DNA of 64,000 nucleotides from Nitrospiraceae bacterium (GTDB lineage Bacteria; Nitrospirota; Nitrospiria; Nitrospirales; Nitrospiraceae): NCBI GenBank assembly GCA_050246315.1, contig JBFWWG010000011.1, positions 64,001 to 128,000 of the forward strand, read 5' to 3'. Shown piece by piece: positions 58,136 to 64,000 of this stretch (position 1 is its first letter; each line of letters starts with the position of its first letter). The notes under the pieces were generated by a model. It saw only the letters and a program-made list of their open reading frames with translations, ran no database searches and was not told where the DNA came from. The position numbers and the translations under genes were made by a program.

Positions 58136-60690
58136 GCCCGATGACGCAAGTCCACAGCGACGTGAACCTCCGACGCACACTCGTCCGGACGACGGTCGGA
58201 AGCGACGGAAAACCGGTCGTGAACGGTATGGATTTCCTGGAGGTGACGACGCCGGACCAGACGACTCTCCAGGTGCACTTTATTCATCCCCTGCCGGGGC
58301 AGGCCAACGGCGTGCCTGCCGCGCCGCCGCTGTCGGCCGCCAACGTCGTCATCACGGGTGGCGTACGTGTGACCGAGATCCGGGTCGTGCGTGCGACCGC
58401 CATCGGCAATGTCTTTACGGTCGTCGTCGATCAGCCGGGGGACTTCTCCCGGTATACGTTGCAGCTTGTTGCCGGTCCGGGAGAGACCAGTCCGCCGGCC
58501 GGATTCGACCCGCAACTGGCGGTCCTCTCGTTTTCCTTCAAGGTGGCCTGTCCGACCGATCTCGACTGCCGCACGGAGGACGTGTGCCCCCCCGAGCCAA
58601 TGGAAAAGCCGGATATCAACTACCTCGCCAAGGACTATGCGAGCTTCCGTCGGATCATGCTGGATCGTCTGGCTCTCCTGGCGCCCGAATGGACGGAACG
58701 GTCGCCGGCCGACCTGGGCATCACGCTCGTCGAACTCTTGGCCTATGTCGCGGACCATCTGAGTTACGAGCAGGATGCCGTGGCGACGGAGGCCTACTTC
58801 GGGACCGCCCGTCGCCGAGTATCCGTCCGACGGCACGTTCGCCTGGTCGGGTATCTCCCGTTCGAGGGATGTAACGCTCGTGTGTGGGCGCAGATTCAAT
58901 TGCAGCCCGGCAGCAACGACGTGGTGCTCTCGGCGCGCGGCCCACAAGGACCGACAAGGCTGCTGACATCGGTTCGCGGGCACAACCAAGTCCTTCCGCC
59001 ACGATCGAATGCGGAGCAAGCGGCGTTGGCGATGAACCCGATCGTGTTCGAGTTGATGGAGGATGTGCGGTTGTACGCCAAGCATGCGCGGATGACGTTC
59101 TATACGTGGGGCAACAAGCAATGTTGCCTCCCGGCGGGCGCCACGAGGGCCACGCTCAGAACGCAGCTTCCCACCCTCCGCAAGGGCACTGTCCTGATCT
59201 TCCAGGAAGAGAAAGGGCCGATGACGGGATTGCCGGAGGATAGGGATCCTTCGCATCGCCATGTCGTGCGATTGATCACGGACGCGGTCGTCGGCATAGA
59301 CCCGCTTACCCAGGAGCCGATCTCCGAGATCGAATGGCATGCGGAGGATGCACTGCCGTTCCCGTTCTGCTTGTCTTCCAAGACGGATCGGAACCATGGC
59401 GAGGACGATGTGGAGGACGTCACGGTGGCGTTGGGGAATATCGTGCTGGCAGACCATGGACGGACGGTGGAGACACCGGAGTCGCTCGGTTCGGTGCCGA
59501 TGCCGCGGCTGACTCGTGTGCCGGCAGGCACAGAGATGCCGTCAAGTGAAGCTTCCGATGGCGCCGCAGCGCCGGGCTCTCGGAGCCGGCAGGTGGTCCC
59601 CCCTCGCTATCGTCCCGTCCTGCGTGGCCGCCCGCTCACGCATGCCGCCCCCTTCCCGTATCTCGACGAGACAGACCAGCCTCGCTCGGCGCGCGCGGCT
59701 CTGGTCTATGCGCGGGAAACCGTTCGTCCGGCAATCGGATCGCTGGTGAGTACGTTCAATGCTGTTGAGACGGACTGGATGGTCACCCAGGATCTTCTCA
59801 CCGACAGCCTCGGCCGTCCGGACTGCGTGGTGGAAATGGAACAAGATGGGACGGCGTCGATTCGATTCGGAGACGGTCGATATGGGCGGCGGCCTGAGCC
59901 CGGCAGCCTGTTCCAGGTCGTCTATCGCATCGGCAACGGGAGCCGTGGAAACATCGGCGCGGACACGTTACACCATGTCGTGACCGACAGTCCCCACGTG
60001 GCGGGCGTGACGAATCCGTTGCCCGCTTTCGGCGGAATGGAACCGGAGAGTCTTGAGGAGATCAGACGGAACGCGCCTGTGGCGTTTCGCACCCAGGATC
60101 GCGCGGTGACCATGGACGACTATGCCGACATGACCGAGCGAACCCCGAACGTCCAACAAGCCGCCGCCACGCTCAGATGGACGGGGAGTTGGCATACGGT
60201 CTTCATCACCGTCGATCGGCTGGGCGGGGCACGGGTCGATCCTGCTTACGAGACCGACCTGCGGAACAGGTTGGAGTTCGCTCGCTTGGCCGGACAGGAC
60301 ATCGAAATCGACAATCCGAGACTGGTGGCGCTGGAAATCGAGATGCGCGTGTCCGTGGAGCCGGACTATTTTCGGAGCGACGTGCAGCGCGCGCTGCTCG
60401 ATCTGTTCAGTAACCGGGTCCTGTCGGACGGACGGCGCGGTCTCCTCCATCCGGACAATTTTTCTTTCGGGCAGCCTGTCTATCTCAGCCCGCTGTATGC
60501 CGCGGCTCAGGCGGTGGCCGGGGTGCGGGCGGTGGTCATCACGCAGTTTCAACGGTTGGACAATCCGGGGGGTGATGCGCTGGCGCAAGGGGTGCTTTCG
60601 CTGAGTCGCTTGGAAATCGCGCGGTGCGACAATGATCCGAACTTCCCGGACCGCGGCGTCTTTCGGTTGATTCTTGAAGGTGGCTTATGA
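58132..60690 (+). CDS. Baseplate J/gp6-like protein (Afp11-like)
   Basis: YLAKDYASFR, DLGITLVELLAY, EAY..TARRR.S, RFGDG..G..P, GG.EPE, RAVT..DY. Confidence 0.9.
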   Translation: MSPMTQVHSDVNLRRTLVRTTVGSDGKPVVNGMDFLEVTTPDQTTLQVHFIHPLPGQANGVPAAPPLSAANVVITGGVRVTEIRVVRATAIGNVFTVVVDQPGDFSRYTLQLVAGPGETSPPAGFDPQLAVLSFSFKVACPTDLDCRTEDVCPPEPMEKPDINYLAKDYASFRRIMLDRLALLAPEWTERSPADLGITLVELLAYVADHLSYEQDAVATEAYFGTARRRVSVRRHVRLVGYLPFEGCNARVWAQIQLQPGSNDVVLSARGPQGPTRLLTSVRGHNQVLPPRSNAEQAALAMNPIVFELMEDVRLYAKHARMTFYTWGNKQCCLPAGATRATLRTQLPTLRKGTVLIFQEEKGPMTGLPEDRDPSHRHVVRLITDAVVGIDPLTQEPISEIEWHAEDALPFPFCLSSKTDRNHGEDDVEDVTVALGNIVLADHGRTVETPESLGSVPMPRLTRVPAGTEMPSSEASDGAAAPGSRSRQVVPPRYRPVLRGRPLTHAAPFPYLDETDQPRSARAALVYARETVRPAIGSLVSTFNAVETDWMVTQDLLTDSLGRPDCVVEMEQDGTASIRFGDGRYGRRPEPGSLFQVVYRIGNGSRGNIGADTLHHVVTDSPHVAGVTNPLPAFGGMEPESLEEIRRNAPVAFRTQDRAVTMDDYADMTERTPNVQQAAATLRWTGSWHTVFITVDRLGGARVDPAYETDLRNRLEFARLAGQDIEIDNPRLVALEIEMRVSVEPDYFRSDVQRALLDLFSNRVLSDGRRGLLHPDNFSFGQPVYLSPLYAAAQAVAGVRAVVITQFQRLDNPGGDALAQGVLSLSRLEIARCDNDPNFPDRGVFRLILEGGL

Positions 60691-63386
60691 GCGAACCACT
60701 CGAACCAGGGCTGAGTCTGTGCGGCTGTTGCGAGGGCCTGACGCAGGCGACGCCCATCGAGGTCACCAATCGTCCCGGTCTTTCGGCGATCGGATATCGA
60801 GTCGGCACGCACGGATCGTTCAAGACCGGCATGTTGGCTCGATTGACGGCAGGCAGCTCGATTCTGCAGTCGCTACGGACACGCCGCAACGACGATTTTT
60901 CCATCGGGCTCATCGATGCCTGGGCGACGGTCCTGGATATTTTGACCTTTTATCAGGAGCGGCTGGCGAACGAATCCTATCTGTTCACGGCCACCGAACG
61001 ACGATCGCTTCTGGAGCAGGCGCGGCTCATCGGCTATGAGCCGCGGCCCGGCGTCGCCGCGGGCACCTATCTCGCCTTTACCGTCGAGGAGACGGGTGTG
61101 GCCTCGTTACCGGGGGCTCCGCTCCCGCCGACGCCGTCTGGTCCCCGCGAGGTGATCGTCCCGAAGGGGACGAAGGTACAAAGCGTTCCCGGACCGGGCG
61201 AGACCGCCCAGATGTACGAGACCATCGAGGACATGACGGCCCACGTCGACTGGAATAGTCTGCAACCGCGGCTGAGTCAGCCTCATCCCGTGCGTACGGA
61301 CTTGGAACAGGTCACGGTGCGGGGACTCTCCCCCTTCGTGAAAGCCGGAGATATCCTGCTCATCGTGGCAGGGAGCGATCCGGATGACGAGAAGGTGAAA
61401 CAGGTGCTCAGGGTGACGTCTGATCCGAAGGGTCAGACCACCACCTTCGATCTGGCGATGACCCCGGCACCCGTTCCCTGGATCAGACCGGTCCTGAGCT
61501 TCAGCCCGTTTGTCCGCACGGCTACGACGCTCGACAATGCCTTTGTCGAGACCGGATTGCTCGCGGGAACACGCTGGAATCAGCGCCTGCTGCTGTCCAT
61601 GGCCAAGACCCATCGCTGGTCGCGCGTGGCCTTGCAAAGGAGAATCAATCTCCCTCCGCTGAAGCCATTGCCTACCGATCCGGGCATCTTTGCATTTCGC
61701 GAGCGTGCCGCGCTCTTCGGTCACAACGCGCCCAAACATGCGTCGCTGCCCGCCGATCAAACGAAGTCCGGCGCTGTCTACGAAGAGAACTGGGAGGGAA
61801 GGACACTTCAACAGGAGCAACCCCTCTCAGGCGAGGCGTATGTGTATCTGGACCGGACCTATCCGGGGATCGTGACGGGCAGTTGGGTGGTGCTCATGAG
61901 CCCAAATGCCGGACCGCGGATCTATCAAGTGCACGAAACGACGGATCTCACAAGGGCGGACTTCACGCTCACCGCCAAGGTGACGCGCATCCGAGTCGGC
62001 AGTTCGGAACACTTCGAAGACTTTACCCTGCGGGACACGACCGTCTTTGTCGTGAGCGAACGGCTGGACTTGGCTCCGATCCCAATTCCGGATGTCGTGC
62101 AAGGAAATGAGGTGACGCTCAACGGGGCCTATCTCGGCCTTGAAGCGGGACGATGGGTCATCGTGACCGGGGAGCGCGATGATCTATCCGGCGTCACGGC
62201 CAGTGAAGTGCACCGACTGGCCGATGTGACGCTCGAGGAAGGGTTGACGACGCTCACGTTGCAGTCGGCGCTGGCCCATCTCTACGTCCGCGCGACGGTC
62301 CGGGTCAGCGGCAACGTGGCGGCCGCCACGCACGGCGAGTCCCGGTCGGAGTTGCTCGGCTCGGGAGACGGCCGGCTGCCTTTCCAGCAATTCACGCTTC
62401 GCCAACCGCCGTTGACTTACATCAGCGCCCCGACGCCGAGCGGCGGACAGTCCACGCTCGAGGTCTGCGTCAACGATCAACTCTGGCAGGAGGTGGCGAC
62501 GCTCTACGGGCAGGGACCGACCGATCACGTCTACGTCACGCGCAGGGACGACGACGGCAAGACCACGATCCAGTTCGGCGATGGCGTGACCGGGGCGCGT
62601 CTGCCGAGCGGCCTGCAGAATGTGCGCGCCGCCTATCGCCAGGGCATCGGCGCGGCGGGTCTCGTCAAGGCGAGTCAACTCACGTTGCTCATGACGAAGC
62701 CGACCGGCGTTCGCGATGTGACGAACCCGCTTGACGCGACCGGCGCGGCCGATCCCGAGGGGATCGAGGACATCAGACGCAATGCCGCGCTGACTCTTCG
62801 AACGCTGGACCGAATTGTATCCTTGCAGGATTACGAGGATTTCGCGGCCGCCTTCTCCGGCGTAAGTAAGGCGCTGGCCACCTCCACGTGGACGGGACGC
62901 CGCCGCGGCGTTCTGCTGACGGTGGCGGGGACCGATGGAGCGGTTGTCGAGGAGACCGGCGCGGTCTACACCAATCTCCTGCGCGCGATTCAGGAGAACG
63001 GAGACCCCCAGGTCCCGGTCCAGGTGGCGAGCTATCGGCCGGCGTTCTTCAAAGTGGCGGCCAAGATCACCGTAGCGTTCGGCTCCTCCCCGGAGATCGT
63101 CCTGGCCGGCGTGCAGGAGCAATTACGGGCCACCTTCTCGTTCTCCGCGCGTCAGTTCGGTCAACCGGTCGCGCTCAGCGAGGTGCTGTCCGTGATGCAT
63201 TCGGTTCCCGGGGTGCAGGCCGTGCATGTCACGCAGTTGTATCGGATGGATGATCCGGCGGCGCCGTCGCTCCAAACCGAACTGCCGGCCATGGTGCCGC
63301 AGTCCGGCAGCGGTGCGGGCACTCTCGGCGCGGAATTGGTGACGCTCGATGCAAGCCCGTTGGTGGAGATCGGAGTGGCTTCATGA
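60687..63386 (+). CDS. Second baseplate J/gp6-like protein (Afp11/12-like)
   Basis: LTFYQERLANE.YL.TATERRS, ATHGE, QFGDGVTGARLP, RIVSLQDYEDF. Confidence 0.9.
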   Translation: MSEPLEPGLSLCGCCEGLTQATPIEVTNRPGLSAIGYRVGTHGSFKTGMLARLTAGSSILQSLRTRRNDDFSIGLIDAWATVLDILTFYQERLANESYLFTATERRSLLEQARLIGYEPRPGVAAGTYLAFTVEETGVASLPGAPLPPTPSGPREVIVPKGTKVQSVPGPGETAQMYETIEDMTAHVDWNSLQPRLSQPHPVRTDLEQVTVRGLSPFVKAGDILLIVAGSDPDDEKVKQVLRVTSDPKGQTTTFDLAMTPAPVPWIRPVLSFSPFVRTATTLDNAFVETGLLAGTRWNQRLLLSMAKTHRWSRVALQRRINLPPLKPLPTDPGIFAFRERAALFGHNAPKHASLPADQTKSGAVYEENWEGRTLQQEQPLSGEAYVYLDRTYPGIVTGSWVVLMSPNAGPRIYQVHETTDLTRADFTLTAKVTRIRVGSSEHFEDFTLRDTTVFVVSERLDLAPIPIPDVVQGNEVTLNGAYLGLEAGRWVIVTGERDDLSGVTASEVHRLADVTLEEGLTTLTLQSALAHLYVRATVRVSGNVAAATHGESRSELLGSGDGRLPFQQFTLRQPPLTYISAPTPSGGQSTLEVCVNDQLWQEVATLYGQGPTDHVYVTRRDDDGKTTIQFGDGVTGARLPSGLQNVRAAYRQGIGAAGLVKASQLTLLMTKPTGVRDVTNPLDATGAADPEGIEDIRRNAALTLRTLDRIVSLQDYEDFAAAFSGVSKALATSTWTGRRRGVLLTVAGTDGAVVEETGAVYTNLLRAIQENGDPQVPVQVASYRPAFFKVAAKITVAFGSSPEIVLAGVQEQLRATFSFSARQFGQPVALSEVLSVMHSVPGVQAVHVTQLYRMDDPAAPSLQTELPAMVPQSGSGAGTLGAELVTLDASPLVEIGVAS

Positions 63387-64000
63387 CGCTCGATGCCGAC
63401 AAACTCTACGCCTTGCTCCCGTCGATCTATCGCATTCGCGATCAGGAGAAAGGAGAGCCGCTCAAGGCCTTCTTGGCCGTGCTCGCGGAGCAGGCCGAGG
63501 TCTTGGAAGAAGATCTGTCCCAGCTCTACGACGATCAGTTTATCGAGACCTGTGCCGAATGGGTCGTGCCCTACCTGGGCGATTTGATCGGGTATCGGCG
63601 GCTACGGGGTGCGTCCTCCTCCGACGATTCGTCGCGGGCCGAGGTGGCGAATACGATTGCCTATCGACGCCGGAAGGGAACGGTGTCGATGGTCGAGCAG
63701 TTGGCCTCGGATGTGACGGGATGGAAGGCGCGGGCGGTGGAATACTTTCAGTATGTCTGCGCGACGCAATATCTGAATCATATCCGGCCGGCCCATCAGG
63801 CGGTGGCCGACTTGCGCCGCCAACGACAGTTGATGTGGTCGCAGACTCCATTCAACTCGCTGCCTCGCACAGTCGATGTACGATGGATCGCAACCGGCCG
63901 AGGCCGGTACAACCTTCCGAATGTCGGTCTGTTCCTGTGGCGGCTCCGCCCCTATCGTGTCGCCAAAGGGACCGCCAAGCTCGTCAAAGAAGGCTGTTTC
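63383..64000 (+). CDS. Baseplate wedge / tail protein I-like (partial, runs off the window)
   Basis: Own translation: MTLDADKLYALLPSIYRIRD...LYDDQFIETCAEWVVPYLGDLIG...RAEVANTIAYRRRKGT; ATGA coupling; absent from ORF track because no stop. Confidence 0.85.
   Translation, partial: MTLDADKLYALLPSIYRIRDQEKGEPLKAFLAVLAEQAEVLEEDLSQLYDDQFIETCAEWVVPYLGDLIGYRRLRGASSSDDSSRAEVANTIAYRRRKGTVSMVEQLASDVTGWKARAVEYFQYVCATQYLNHIRPAHQAVADLRRQRQLMWSQTPFNSLPRTVDVRWIATGRGRYNLPNVGLFLWRLRPYRVAKGTAKLVKEGCF

Noticed and set aside
57790..59457. 555-aa minus-strand ORF and other long antisense ORFs (e.g. 33374-34609, 29754-30923, 50827-51966, 53550-54620)
   Set aside because: They shadow well-supported + strand genes, have no motifs, and are expected in GC-rich DNA
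37111..64000. Prophage or T6SS interpretation of the tail genes
   Set aside because: No capsid, portal, terminase, integrase, TssJLM or ClpV in the window; DUF4255, Afp15-like ATPase and DUF4157 point to eCIS
1..64000. tRNA, rRNA, integrase or transposase genes
   Set aside because: None recognised by eye; the island boundary near 32.1-32.3 kb shows no att site or direct repeat that I could find

Overview
GC-rich bacterial chromosomal window; gene content and style suggest Nitrospira, which is my inference and unverified. About 1-32 kb is mostly housekeeping and envelope genes: phoH-ybeY-ftsY, a dual-receiver regulator, M1 peptidase, TolB-like protein, a PAP2/ArnT/GT2 lipid-modification cluster, two Tat subunits, an AlgE-type porin, thrH, a lysine-catabolism-like operon, a PstS-like protein, cfa, a di-heme peroxidase and an RlmI-like methyltransferase, plus small dispersed repeats. 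From about 32.3 kb all called genes are on the + strand: an intact metacaspase, a lipase/macro-like/CHAT-caspase fusion, a pseudo-receiver protein, and then an extracellular contractile injection system (eCIS, Afp/PVC-like) that runs off the window end. Inside the eCIS is a ~9.6 kb array of five DUF4157 proteins. Four share a 528-bp N-terminal cassette of identical length. Each ends in a different C-terminal domain: beta-barrel-like, metzincin-like, M35 peptidase, annexin repeats plus a lethal-factor-like peptidase, and a small helical domain. A prenyltransferase-barrel-like/CpXC gene pair also sits in the array. This polymorphic cargo array and the adjacent caspase module are the most novel elements. 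All family calls are from motif recognition by eye; no database searches were run.
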